Shown here piece by piece: positions 49,135-58,577 of a stretch of DNA of 64,000 nucleotides. Positions within the stretch are counted from its first letter, which is position 1; each line of letters begins with the position of its first letter. A program made the translations under genes and the position numbers. The notes beneath the pieces were generated by a model, which ran no database searches, had not been told where the DNA came from, and worked only from the letters and a program-made list of their open reading frames with translations. Origin of the DNA: Limisphaerales bacterium (GTDB lineage: Bacteria > Verrucomicrobiota > Verrucomicrobiia > Limisphaerales > JAYTXL01); assembly GCA_046593035.1 (NCBI GenBank), contig JBKJSC010000201.1, positions 2,273 to 66,272 on the forward strand, in the 5' to 3' direction.

Positions 49135-51972
49135 CTATTTGTCCCCGACCTTCAACTGCCGCAGCCGTTCGCCGGCCCACTTCGCGTCGGGCGAGGTCGG
49201 TGGCGCGAATTTGAGTCCTTGTTCATAAAGGCGAGTTGCTTCAGTTGGTTGCTTCCGCAGATTGGCGACTTCCGCCAAACCGAACAATGCCTTGTAGGAA
49301 TCGGCCGAGGGCAACCGCTGCCGCAACGTCTCGTAATCGCGTTGAGCCGCGTCCAACTGGCCGAGGTTGAAATGGGTGATGGCGCGGTTCAACAGCGCGG
49401 CCAGGTGATTCGGGTCCAGTTTCAAGAGAGCTTCCAACGGGGCGAGGGCTTCTTTATGCCGCTTGAGCTGAATAAGAATGCCACCGTGATTAAGCAAAGC
49501 CCGGGCATTCTGAGGAGAAACCCGCAACTGATTCTCGATCACAGCCAGGGCGTTGGTGAATCGCCCGGACATCAGGTAAACTTCCGCGAGGGATTGCAGC
49601 ACCGCTTCGTCGTTGGGGATTTTTTGACGAGCGTCGAGGAGCAGCTTTTCCGCGAGGGCGAAGTTGGTCTTCTGCAAATACGCGCCGGCCTCCAGACGGA
49701 GCAGCGCGGTCTGGCTGACCAGATTGGTGGCGAGCGACGCGGTCGAGGTTCGGAGTTCCGCCACGGTTTGCAGGGTTCGGTCCGTTGCCCGGCCGGCGAG
49801 AAACATTTCGGCGAGGGCGAAGCGGTAGGCGAAATTGTCCGGCTCGAGCGTCTGCGCGCGGGTGAACTGCACCGCCGCCTGCCGCACGAGATTGAACCGC
49901 GCGAAGACCCGGCCTATTTGATAACAAAATTCCGGTTCGTCAAACGGCCCGTCGGCACCGAGCAATTCAGCCCACGTCCGATACTGGTACATTTTTTTTG
50001 CCAGCGATTCGTCGATGGACGTGGCGCGCGGCTCTCCCCGGCGCAGGTGTTGGTTGAAGTCTAGGTTGACCATCGCCGCCAGGTTTTCGCGGTTCAGATC
50101 CAGCGCGAGTTGAAAGGATTGTCCCGCCTCCGCCAGCTTCCGGTGGGTCTGTTGCTCGACGCCCCAATGGTTCGCAGCCCGCGAATACAGGCCGCCCACG
50201 ACGACGGCGTCGCCAATTTTATTTTCGATGTTGCGGCGCAACGCGGGCAGTTCCGCTTGCACGCTGGCCCAGAAGGATTCATTGGCCGTCATTTCCTCCG
50301 CGCTCAAGGTGGGCGCGCTGACGGTGGCGGGCGGGTATGCTTTCAATTCATAAACCAATCCGTGCGGCAACAAGTAGAACGCCTCCAAATACTCGTGGCC
50401 GTAACTCGGATGCAGGTAATAGACTTCCCGCGTCGCCGCCAAGCCGGAGATCCACCGGGAAACCGTCGCCGCATTGAGCGGTGCGGGCACTTCTTTGCCG
50501 GCCAGCGCATCCGGCCAGCGCTGTGGAAAACGCGCCACGAGCGCGCGGTGATACGAGGGAAACGGCAGGGATCGCACGTCGATCAGGAGATGTTGATGCG
50601 GCGAATTCTCCGCGTGATGATGGGCCGACACGAGCAGGAGCAGAACCGGGTTGTCGCTCAAGACCGTCGCGCCTTTGACGGGCAGCGCCTGCGCAGTTCG
50701 CGCGGCGAACTGCCGCAGCGCCGTTCCGTTGGCGGCCTGGAGGCGTGGCAAATTCCGCCAGGTCAAAGCCACCGGCACCGCAAGCAACGCCACCCAGACG
50801 GCAGCGGTGAGCAGCCCGTTCAGCGAGCGTTCCCATAACGATGGATGCTCCCACGCATGGCCGGTTCCTTCGCCGAAGACGAGCAGGAAGTAGCCGCTAC
50901 AATAACCGATACACAACGCGCCCAAATAATAGAACGTCAAAAACGGAATCCCCAACCCCAGCGCGCGCGGGCTGAACGGCGGATCAAATGCCGCCCAGAG
51001 ACAGATCACGAGGAACACGCCGTGAACCGCGCGGAACATGAAGTTCGTCACGGCCGCGCCAATGGCACTGGTGTCGGCAAAACTCGACGGCCAGCGAATG
51101 CAAATGGTGACGACGGGAACAAGGGAGGTCATGGAGAGGATCAACACGACCCAGTTGGGAACGGCCAGCAGGCTGTTTTTCTGCAAGCCCAGTTGCATCT
51201 GGAGCAGTTGTGTGAAACCCAAAGGGGCGTCGTCGGCCAGTGATCCAACCAGCGGCAACAAAAGATAGAGTGACAGCCCGGCCAGGCCAAGGCCCGCCAT
51301 TTTTAGAAGAAAACGGACTTTGAAAAAGTCGCGTCCTTTCACCCAGATCAGCGCCGCGAGAAAGAGCGGCAGAAAACCAGCCATCGCCCAGTTGTTCGTC
51401 GTGGCCAGCCCGTAGGCGAAGGCGAAGCGCCACAGCCACGATGCGCGTTGGCTCCAGCGATATTCGAGGAGGCAGCGGATCACGTAGGCGAACAGCAGCA
51501 GGTTCAACGCTTCACCCGTGGCCGCGGTGGCGTTTTCCCAGAAGGTCGCTTGCAGCCCGCAGACGAGTACGGCGAGCAGCGGCGGCAGCCAGTTGGCGCG
51601 GAGGGAAAGGAGGGAATCTTCGCTCCGTTCGCGCTGGCGCTGCTCGCGGGTGCGGTCGTGGGGCAGCAGGGCCACCGAACGGGCCAGCAGGCCGAGGGTC
51701 AACGCCGCGCAGACGGCGGAAAATAAATTCAGCACCAGCAGTTGCACGCCCGTGGGCAGGAAACGCACCGGATACGTCAGCAGCAAATAAAGTGGCGACT
51801 GAATTGTTGGCGTCCACCAGTCCCAGCCGGTGACTTTGGCCGCGACCGGCAGACTGGCGAGCGTGACCCAGTGATTGAGCGTGAAAAAATAAAGCGCCAG
51901 CGCGCCAGCGGCCGCGCCCCACGGCAGCGCCGACCGCGCGGAGTTAAACGATTTTGTTTCCCTAGTTTCCAT
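49135..51972 (-). CDS. Multi-pass membrane protein (DUF2723/TMEM260-like) with C-terminal TPRs
   Basis: About 11 hydrophobic segments, FWENAT and LYLLLP motifs, TPR-like C-terminus. Confidence 0.72.
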   Translation of the reverse strand: METRETKSFNSARSALPWGAAAGALALYFFTLNHWVTLASLPVAAKVTGWDWWTPTIQSPLYLLLTYPVRFLPTGVQLLVLNLFSAVCAALTLGLLARSVALLPHDRTREQRQRERSEDSLLSLRANWLPPLLAVLVCGLQATFWENATAATGEALNLLLFAYVIRCLLEYRWSQRASWLWRFAFAYGLATTNNWAMAGFLPLFLAALIWVKGRDFFKVRFLLKMAGLGLAGLSLYLLLPLVGSLADDAPLGFTQLLQMQLGLQKNSLLAVPNWVVLILSMTSLVPVVTICIRWPSSFADTSAIGAAVTNFMFRAVHGVFLVICLWAAFDPPFSPRALGLGIPFLTFYYLGALCIGYCSGYFLLVFGEGTGHAWEHPSLWERSLNGLLTAAVWVALLAVPVALTWRNLPRLQAANGTALRQFAARTAQALPVKGATVLSDNPVLLLLVSAHHHAENSPHQHLLIDVRSLPFPSYHRALVARFPQRWPDALAGKEVPAPLNAATVSRWISGLAATREVYYLHPSYGHEYLEAFYLLPHGLVYELKAYPPATVSAPTLSAEEMTANESFWASVQAELPALRRNIENKIGDAVVVGGLYSRAANHWGVEQQTHRKLAEAGQSFQLALDLNRENLAAMVNLDFNQHLRRGEPRATSIDESLAKKMYQYRTWAELLGADGPFDEPEFCYQIGRVFARFNLVRQAAVQFTRAQTLEPDNFAYRFALAEMFLAGRATDRTLQTVAELRTSTASLATNLVSQTALLRLEAGAYLQKTNFALAEKLLLDARQKIPNDEAVLQSLAEVYLMSGRFTNALAVIENQLRVSPQNARALLNHGGILIQLKRHKEALAPLEALLKLDPNHLAALLNRAITHFNLGQLDAAQRDYETLRQRLPSADSYKALFGLAEVANLRKQPTEATRLYEQGLKFAPPTSPDAKWAGERLRQLKVGDK

Positions 51973-52011
51973 AGCGGCGACCCGACCGAGTTGAAATCAT
52001 GCGCGCCCGCT

Positions 52012-53199
52012 TCACAAGCCCGAAGGTGTTTCCGGCGGCGGGGAAGGCGCGGGGTTGAGGCGCAGGTCGGCCACGCATTCAACGTGCTGCGTTTGAGGAA
52101 ACATATCCAGCGGGACGACTTTCACCAACTCATAGACCGCGCTGGCACACAGGGCGTTCAAGTCCCGCGCCAGCGTGGCCGGATGGCAGGAGACATAAAT
52201 GATCTGCCGGGGCCGGACCTCGCGCAGCAATTGCAAACTTTCCGGCGGACAACCCGTGCGCGGGGGATCGATGATGACGCTGGTCAGCTCCGGGGAGAAT
52301 TTCGCCAGCAGGCCGGGCAGCACCTCCTCCACGCGGCCCGTGATGAATTCGCCGTTCGCCCGCTGGCGCGCCGCGGCATTGAGCCGCGCGGCTTTGATGG
52401 CGGGGACATCGAGTTCCACGCCCACGAACGAATCCACGAGGTCGGCCAGTTCGATACCGAAGAAGCCCACGCCGCAATAGGCGTCCACCAGATGTCGCGC
52501 GCCGCTGTCGCGCAACCGTTCACGCACCGTTTCCACGAGTTTGGGCAGCAGGAAAAAATTATTCTGAAAAAAAGAATCGCGCGGCACTTCCCAGCCTTCG
52601 GGCGCGACGCGCAAGACCACTTTGATTCCACCCTTCGGCGGCGGATGGGCGCGGACGTGTTTGATTTGCTCGTTCAACGCCGGTTCCGCGATGGCGCATT
52701 CCTCGATGTCCACCACCCAGCGGTTTTCGGCGCGGATGAACCCGATCTCCAACCCCTGCTTCACCTTGTTCCACTGGCTACGGATCATGATACGGTTGCG
52801 ATAGCCATATGGCTGCGGACAAGGAACCACCGGGTCAATGACCGCCGCCGCAAACCCGCCAATGCGCTGAAACAGATCGGTGATCTGCTTTTGTTTGAGC
52901 CGCAGTTGCGCCGGGTAATCGATGTGCTGATACTGGCAGCCGCCGCATTCGCCGAAATAACGGCACTTCGGCGCGACCCGTTCCGGCGCGGGCTTGAGCA
53001 CTTTCACCAAGCGGGCGCGGGCGAAGCGTTTCTTCACTTCGATCAACTGCACTTCCACCTCCTCGCCGACCAGCACGAAGGGAACAAAAATCACGAACTC
53101 ATCCACGCGCGCCACGCCCTCGCCGCCGAAGGCGATGTCGTGAATCGTGACAGTGAGCTGGGTGCCGGGCGTCAAGCCGGCGGCGTGTTCCGCAATCAT
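52012..53199 (-). CDS. rlmD: TRAM-domain RNA (uracil-5)-methyltransferase, RlmD/RumA family
   Basis: CRYFGECGGCQYQH, DAYCGVG, DPPRTG, YVSCHPATLARD and DMFPQTQHVE. Confidence 0.85.
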   Translation of the reverse strand: MIAEHAAGLTPGTQLTVTIHDIAFGGEGVARVDEFVIFVPFVLVGEEVEVQLIEVKKRFARARLVKVLKPAPERVAPKCRYFGECGGCQYQHIDYPAQLRLKQKQITDLFQRIGGFAAAVIDPVVPCPQPYGYRNRIMIRSQWNKVKQGLEIGFIRAENRWVVDIEECAIAEPALNEQIKHVRAHPPPKGGIKVVLRVAPEGWEVPRDSFFQNNFFLLPKLVETVRERLRDSGARHLVDAYCGVGFFGIELADLVDSFVGVELDVPAIKAARLNAAARQRANGEFITGRVEEVLPGLLAKFSPELTSVIIDPPRTGCPPESLQLLREVRPRQIIYVSCHPATLARDLNALCASAVYELVKVVPLDMFPQTQHVECVADLRLNPAPSPPPETPSGL

Positions 53200-53259
53200 C
53201 GCCGGGATGATGCCGCGACGGTTGCGCCCGCCGCAAGCCCGGAGGTGGAGTTTTCCAGC

Positions 53260-54303
53260 TTACTTCCCGTGTGGCGCTTGCTCGTAGTGTTTGCGCAGGA
53301 TGTCTTCGCCGAAATCATTTTCAAAATCGCGCCACACCGCGTGAACGTGATTGTTGTTGTTTTGCGTGTTGTCGTATTCGAGCAGGAACGTCGGGCCTTG
53401 GACCCGGTAATAATCTCCGTTGCCCGGCTCGATGCTGCCCGCCCACGCAAAATAAATCTTGTCCATCCCCGCCTTCTGAATCTTTTCCAAATCCTTGCCG
53501 GCAACTTCGGGCCGGACGCGATGGATGTATTCCTTGATCAACTCCACGAGCAGTTTGTTTTGTTCCTTCGTCATTTGCGCGGAAATCAAGCCATCATTGG
53601 CCAGCGGCTTCACCCGGCGCTCGGCGGCGGTGATGACGTCCTTGGGCGCGACGTTCGCGTAGATGGCGATCTTCCGTTGGTCGGCGTTGAGCGACTTCAC
53701 CAATTGCCGTCCCAAGTCATCCTCGCCCGCCAGCACCCGCAGGCCCTTGCGCTGGCCTTCGCGGACTTCGGCGGGATTCGTGCCCATGAAATTCGGCGTG
53801 GCCGAAATCTCCTTGCCACCCGCGAGAGTGAAATTCACCGAAAGATGATGGCCTTCGACGCGCCAGCCCCACGTTCCTTTCGCGCCCGGCTCGCCGAAGA
53901 TGGAAACGTAATAACGGTCCACGTCACGGATGTTGCCGGGCTTGGCCTTCTCCATCTCATGCAGAATTTCCTCCAGGCTCATGATCGTGACCGCCTTGCC
54001 GTAACCGCGCTGGCTCAAACCCGAGGACAACAACGCGTGGGCCAGATTGCGTTGCGCGGGCGTCATATCTTTCATCTGAAGCCCTTTCCGGTCGTTCTTC
54101 GGGATGAAATGCCAGTTCTGGCGTTCCTCGCTTTTCAACTCCATCACCGCCGTCGCCTTTTGCTCCGGCGTCAATGCGGCGAGAAAATGATTGGCGGCAG
54201 CGGCCATCTCCTCCGCCGGCGTGGCCGCGCGCGCGGTCGCGGCGGTAAATTCAAGACAGGCGAGGAGCATCAAAATCGAACGCAGGATCGGCAAGGTTTT
54301 CAT
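53260..54303 (-). CDS. DUF3500 domain protein
   Basis: WHFIP, WGWRVEGHHLS and NHVHAVWRD..NDFG. Confidence 0.88.
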   Translation of the reverse strand: MKTLPILRSILMLLACLEFTAATARAATPAEEMAAAANHFLAALTPEQKATAVMELKSEERQNWHFIPKNDRKGLQMKDMTPAQRNLAHALLSSGLSQRGYGKAVTIMSLEEILHEMEKAKPGNIRDVDRYYVSIFGEPGAKGTWGWRVEGHHLSVNFTLAGGKEISATPNFMGTNPAEVREGQRKGLRVLAGEDDLGRQLVKSLNADQRKIAIYANVAPKDVITAAERRVKPLANDGLISAQMTKEQNKLLVELIKEYIHRVRPEVAGKDLEKIQKAGMDKIYFAWAGSIEPGNGDYYRVQGPTFLLEYDNTQNNNNHVHAVWRDFENDFGEDILRKHYEQAPHGK

Positions 54304-54362
54304 GCCGCCAAGTCAAGACATCCCGCCGGGAAAGGCAACTGCAAAATGGGGAACGGAATATA

Positions 54363-54527
54363 TAGTGAAACATCCCAGTCGTCGGATCCCGCAACTCCTA
54401 GGACGTGTTCCCTCTCACCCTTTCCCTCTCCGCAGGGGAGCGGGCCGGGGTTAACCCGGCTCGCCGCACCGGACCGGAAAACCCGCCGAGTGCATTCTGC
54501 TGTTCCACACTGCGGGTTGGTATCACT
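54363..54527. repeat. Degenerate composite element with a CCCTCTCC core
   Basis: Core ttccctctcaccctttccctctccgcaggggagcggg; weak outer match agtgaaacatcc / ggttggtatcact. Confidence 0.45.
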
Positions 54528-54561
54528 CGACAATTCTTCCCGCACCTTGTTCTAATCAGAC

Positions 54562-55137
54562 ATGCGCATCATTGGCGGCACTGCGGCGGGACTCATCTTA
54601 AAAGCGCCCAAAGGCTTCGACGTGCGGCCCACACCTGACCTCGTCCGGCAGGCGGTTTTTAACAGTCTCGGCGCGCGTGTCGAAGGCGCGCGCGTGCTGG
54701 AACTTTTTGCCGGCACCGGCGCGCTCAGTCTCGAATGCCTCAGCCGGGGCGCGGCGAACGCGCTCTGCGTGGAGCTATCACCGAAACACGCGCGGTTCAT
54801 TCAAGAGAACTTCACGAGCGCGAATCTCCCCGCTGGCTCGCTCCAAATCCGTATCCAAAATGTCGCCACCGCCGTGCCGCCACTCGCCGCCAACGGGCAG
54901 CAATTTGATTTGATCCTGGCCGATCCGCCCTACGGAGAAAAAAATGTGGGCCGCCGTTCAACCTCGTTCGCCCAGCGCCTGCTCGACGACACGGACCTGC
55001 CCAAACTCCTCGCTCCCGATGGCCGATTCATTCTCGGTCACACCAAACGCGACACGCTCGAATTGCCCGCCGCGTGGGAAGAAGTGAAGGTGCTCAAGCA
55101 CGGCGATTCCTGGATGCGCTTTCTGAAGAAGAGTTGA
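54562..55137 (+). CDS. rsmD: 16S rRNA (guanine966-N2)-methyltransferase
   Basis: MRIIGG, RPT, ELFAGTGAL, SRGA and ADPPY. Confidence 0.9.
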   Translation: MRIIGGTAAGLILKAPKGFDVRPTPDLVRQAVFNSLGARVEGARVLELFAGTGALSLECLSRGAANALCVELSPKHARFIQENFTSANLPAGSLQIRIQNVATAVPPLAANGQQFDLILADPPYGEKNVGRRSTSFAQRLLDDTDLPKLLAPDGRFILGHTKRDTLELPAAWEEVKVLKHGDSWMRFLKKS

Positions 55138-55201
55138 ATCAGGAACGCAGGAAGGCAGGAATGAGAAGGCGCAGCTTGTTATTCCTGCTTTCCTGATTGA
55201 A
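55134..55201. repeat. Inverted element with 8-nt CAGGAA units
   Basis: ttgaatcaggaacgcaggaaggcaggaa ... ttcctgctttcctgattgaa; the left end overlaps the rsmD TGA. Confidence 0.75.
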
Positions 55202-55226
55202 ATCGTTCCCTCCCCCCATTTTCTAA

Positions 55227-55260
55227 ATCAGTGTTCCATTCGTGTTTCATCCGTGGCTAA
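55227..55260. repeat. Single arm of the 11-nt ATCCGTG element
   Basis: atcagtgttccattcgtgtttcatccgtggctaa; related to 24632-24792. Confidence 0.65.
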
Positions 55261-55273
55261 ATCCAGTCTCAAC

Positions 55274-56215
55274 ATGAACCCCTCATTCCGCGCTCCACTT
55301 TTCGCCGCCGCTTTGCTACTGGTTTTGCCTGTGTCGCCCGTCACCGCTCAAACCAGCACGCCCTTTGCCGCGCCCTCGCCACGGTTGCAAGGCATCGTGG
55401 AGCAGGCCGTCGCCGACACACGCACGCAGTTCCCCAAGCTCCAGACCAATCAAATCGCCGTCACGCTCGTGAACCTGCGCGATGCGGCGAAACCGGAGCG
55501 CGCCAGTTATCGCAGCACCGAGCCGATTTACCCGGCCAGCGTCATCAAACTGTTTTACCTCGCCGCCGCGCATCGCTGGCTGGAGGACGGCAAATTGCAA
55601 GACACGCCGGAGCTACGCCGCGCGATGAGCGACATGATCGTGCATTCCTACAACGAGGCGACGCATTACGTCATTGATCTGCTCACCGGCACAACCAGCG
55701 GGCCGGAGTTGCCGGAAGACGAATTGAAAACGTGGTTTGAAAAGCGCAACGCCGTAAATCGCTTTTTCTCCTCACTTGGGTACACGAACATCAACGCGAA
55801 CAAGAAGCCGTGGGGCGAAGGCCCGTATGGCCGCGAAACGCAGGCGATCAAGCTGTTCGAGCCGAAACGCAATCTGCTGACGACGGATGCCACCGCGCGC
55901 CTCATGACTGAAATCGGCACCGGCAAATGCATCAGTCCGAAACGCAGCGCGGAGATGATGACGTTGTTGAAGCGCGATCCGTTCGGCGAAAGCAAAGACC
56001 CGGACAACCAGGCGAAGTTCACCGGCCCCGCGTTACCACCCGGCGCGAAACTGTGGTCCAAAGCCGGCTGGACCAGCGAGACGCGTCACGACGCGACCTA
56101 TATCGAACTGCCCGGCGGCAATAAATTCGTGCTCGTCATCTTCACCGTTGGCCACGCCGGCGAACACGGCGTCATCCACGCCGTCGCGCGCAAGGTGGTG
56201 GAAGAAATCAAGTAG
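55274..56215 (+). CDS. Serine hydrolase, class A beta-lactamase-like
   Basis: ASVIK (SxxK), SYN and KAG; signal peptide. Beta-lactamase activity is not implied. Confidence 0.85.
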   Translation: MNPSFRAPLFAAALLLVLPVSPVTAQTSTPFAAPSPRLQGIVEQAVADTRTQFPKLQTNQIAVTLVNLRDAAKPERASYRSTEPIYPASVIKLFYLAAAHRWLEDGKLQDTPELRRAMSDMIVHSYNEATHYVIDLLTGTTSGPELPEDELKTWFEKRNAVNRFFSSLGYTNINANKKPWGEGPYGRETQAIKLFEPKRNLLTTDATARLMTEIGTGKCISPKRSAEMMTLLKRDPFGESKDPDNQAKFTGPALPPGAKLWSKAGWTSETRHDATYIELPGGNKFVLVIFTVGHAGEHGVIHAVARKVVEEIK

Positions 56216-56219
56216 TTCG

Positions 56220-58076
56220 TTACGCCCCGGGTATCTCCAAGCGCGTCACCGCCTCCAGTGCGGCGACGGTGAAGATATGTGGGTAAAGTTTTTCGTAATA
56301 CCAGAGCTTGGCGAAGTAGAAACCGATGGGCGCGGGTTGAGTCCAGGAGCCATCTTCGACACGCCGGACGAGCCAATCAACGCCGCGCGCCAGAGCCAAC
56401 GGAGCTTCGGCCACACTCGACTTGTCCACGACCGCTAGCGCCTCCACCGTGAGCGCCGTTTCCTCCACCGAGGACGGCGCGCCGGGACAGCCTCCCCAGC
56501 CGCCATCGGGATTTTGCGCCGAGGCCAACCATTGAACCGCGCGTTTTTTGGGTTCGAGCACTTCCGGGTATTCGCCCTCATCCAGGCACGCCAATGCGTG
56601 CAGCACGCGAGCCGTGCCGTAGATCGGATTACTTTCATCCGTTGCGTGTTGATTGCCAAACCAGAGCGGAATCCACGAACCGTCGCTCAGTTGATTCACC
56701 CACAAATGGCCGAGGGCGTTTTCGACTGGAACCCGCAAACGCGCTTGCATCTTCCCCGGCAAAAAGGGCAAACACGTCAGCCATGCGCGAAGCGCGTGCG
56801 CCGTGAGGTCGGAGCCGCTGCGATCGAACGGCAGGTTCGTCCAGCCGCGGCAGAAGGTCGGGATGCCAAGGTCGCGATTTTGCAAGTCCAGCAGCCACTT
56901 CACTCCCGCGATGGCCGCCTCGCGAACGCGCGCACTCTCATCGTCGAGTTGCTTCAACGCGAGCAACGCGCCCGCTGTGTCATCAGCGTCCGGCACGCCG
57001 CCGGGCAAATCGGTCCACGCCCAACCGCCGGGCGCGGCGTTGGTGTAGGGATGCACGGTGCGGTATTGTTGCGCGAGCAGCCAGTCGAGGATGTGCTGTC
57101 GCTCTCCGGCACTCATCACTTCGTGGATGCTGGGGCCAAGCGCATTGACGGCAAGCGTCGTCACCCAGGTGGCAAGATTGGTGTCAATCGGCCAACTGCC
57201 GTCGGGGCGAACGGACTTGAGCAGAAACTCCACTCCTTTGAGCGCGACGGGATGATCCGCATTGCCACTGCCCGCAAGACTCATCGTGACGAAGCTCGTC
57301 AGTGGCGTGGCTTCGAGAAAGCCACCACTGGACGGCTGGATGTTGCTTAGAACGCGCAGCGTTTTCGCCCGCGCCAAATTCCGCGTCAGTCGTGTGATTG
57401 GATTGCGCGTGGGCAAGTGATGATGCCGCACTTGCCCAATCGCAATCAAAGCCGGCAGCGCGTAGCTCACCACCGGCAGGCGCAGCGCGGCGAAGACTTT
57501 TGGGGGAAACGCCGCCAGCTCGAAGGGCAATTGAATAACGCGCCGCCAAGCCTCCTTGCCTTCGCCGAGACGGCCGGACAACGCGCACATCGTCAGAATC
57601 GGGACGGAAAAAGTGCGATCCTTGCCATAGCGCGCGATGATGGCGTCGGCGAGTTTGTCCGTGGTGGAGCCACCGGCGTGTTGATGCAGCCATTGCCCGG
57701 CCTTTTTCACGGTGGTTTCGTGCTGCTCAGCTGCGCCAGGCACCGCACCGAATGCCGCCCAGCAGAGCGCGGCGGTGCTGATGTTGCTCCGACTAAGCAC
57801 CGTGTCGCCCCAGCCGCCGTCGGCGTTGGCGTGCTCGGCGAGCCATTGAAGGCCAGCGGCGATTGCGGGTTGTGGATTGCGGATTGCGGATTGGTTGTCG
57901 GGCTTCGCGTGGCGATGCCAGAGTTCGAGTGCGGTCACGGCGGTCGCCGTGGACAGCGCGCTGCTCGACAACTCACCTTCCCAATGTCCGGCAGGCGTGC
58001 GGGCGTCCAGCAGGGCTTGCCGTGCTTTGGCGAGCGCAGCCTGGAGCCGGAGTGGATCAATGGTCGGGGCGGACAT
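56220..58076 (-). CDS. shc: Squalene--hopene cyclase family protein
   Basis: GHWEGELSSSALST, PDADDTAG (DxDD), QW motifs (QNPDGGWG) and GFYFAKLWYYE. Confidence 0.88.
   Translation of the reverse strand: MSAPTIDPLRLQAALAKARQALLDARTPAGHWEGELSSSALSTATAVTALELWHRHAKPDNQSAIRNPQPAIAAGLQWLAEHANADGGWGDTVLSRSNISTAALCWAAFGAVPGAAEQHETTVKKAGQWLHQHAGGSTTDKLADAIIARYGKDRTFSVPILTMCALSGRLGEGKEAWRRVIQLPFELAAFPPKVFAALRLPVVSYALPALIAIGQVRHHHLPTRNPITRLTRNLARAKTLRVLSNIQPSSGGFLEATPLTSFVTMSLAGSGNADHPVALKGVEFLLKSVRPDGSWPIDTNLATWVTTLAVNALGPSIHEVMSAGERQHILDWLLAQQYRTVHPYTNAAPGGWAWTDLPGGVPDADDTAGALLALKQLDDESARVREAAIAGVKWLLDLQNRDLGIPTFCRGWTNLPFDRSGSDLTAHALRAWLTCLPFLPGKMQARLRVPVENALGHLWVNQLSDGSWIPLWFGNQHATDESNPIYGTARVLHALACLDEGEYPEVLEPKKRAVQWLASAQNPDGGWGGCPGAPSSVEETALTVEALAVVDKSSVAEAPLALARGVDWLVRRVEDGSWTQPAPIGFYFAKLWYYEKLYPHIFTVAALEAVTRLEIPGA
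57861..57895. repeat. Heptamer tandem repeat in frame within shc
   Basis: gattgcg ggttgtg gattgcg gattgcg gattggt; encodes NQSAIRNPQPAI. Confidence 0.8.
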
Positions 58077-58140
58077 TCGTTCAGTTTGATGAATATGTTG
58101 CGCTCGTGACCGAACAATAGGCCGAATGGCCTACCGACGG

Positions 58141-58156
58141 TGGTATGTGTCCTGCT
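58141..58156 (+). promoter_or_regulatory. Candidate sigma-54 (-24/-12) promoter
   Basis: TGGTATgtgtcCTGCT has GG-N10-GC spacing, about 70 bp upstream of 58229. Confidence 0.45.
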
Positions 58157-58228
58157 GATTTACGCTTGTCGCACTGATGGGCCGAAAGTAGTCCGGCCCA
58201 GCGATGCGAAAAAGACTATTTCGACATT

Positions 58229-58546
58229 ATGTATCTGGACAATTCATTCTCGACCGGCGTTCTGAAACGCCCTGTCGCCAAGAAAATGGTCAAGCCGGTG
58301 TCGTTCATCCTGATGGCACCGGAGGCCCGCAGCGTTTCCGTGGTCGGGGATTTCAATCAATGGGATTCCTCGGCAAACCCCCTGACACGCCGTATTGACG
58401 GGGGTTGGAGCGCGCTGGTCGAGTTGCCGCATGGTCATCATCGCTACCAGTTTCTGGTGGATGGTCAGCCCGTGCTCGATCCGCGCGGGCAGGGTGTTTC
58501 CCGCCTGAACAAGAACGAGCGGGCCTCGCTGATCGCCGTCAGTTGA
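58229..58546 (+). CDS. Glycogen-binding / isoamylase early-set (CBM48-like) protein
   Basis: APEARSVSVVGDFNQW, GHHRYQFLVDG and LDP. Confidence 0.85.
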   Translation: MYLDNSFSTGVLKRPVAKKMVKPVSFILMAPEARSVSVVGDFNQWDSSANPLTRRIDGGWSALVELPHGHHRYQFLVDGQPVLDPRGQGVSRLNKNERASLIAVS

Positions 58547-58577
58547 GTGCGCGAAAATTTACGCGGCGGCGCGAAAA

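Noticed and set aside
48055-50064. 669-aa plus-strand ORF (likewise 29837-31339 and 27165-28403)
   Set aside because: Antisense to well-supported genes.
51742-54555. 937-aa plus-strand ORF
   Set aside because: Antisense shadow of the rlmD-like and DUF3500 genes; no recognisable motifs, and such shadows are typical of high-GC DNA.
55274-56215. Antibiotic-resistance beta-lactamase
   Set aside because: The motifs fit the wider serine hydrolase family, and there is no clear class A omega-loop ExxLN motif or mobile context.
58168-58210. Hammerhead ribozyme (ctgatg...gaaa)
   Set aside because: The core lacks the conserved A of CUGAUGA and the three stems cannot be formed.
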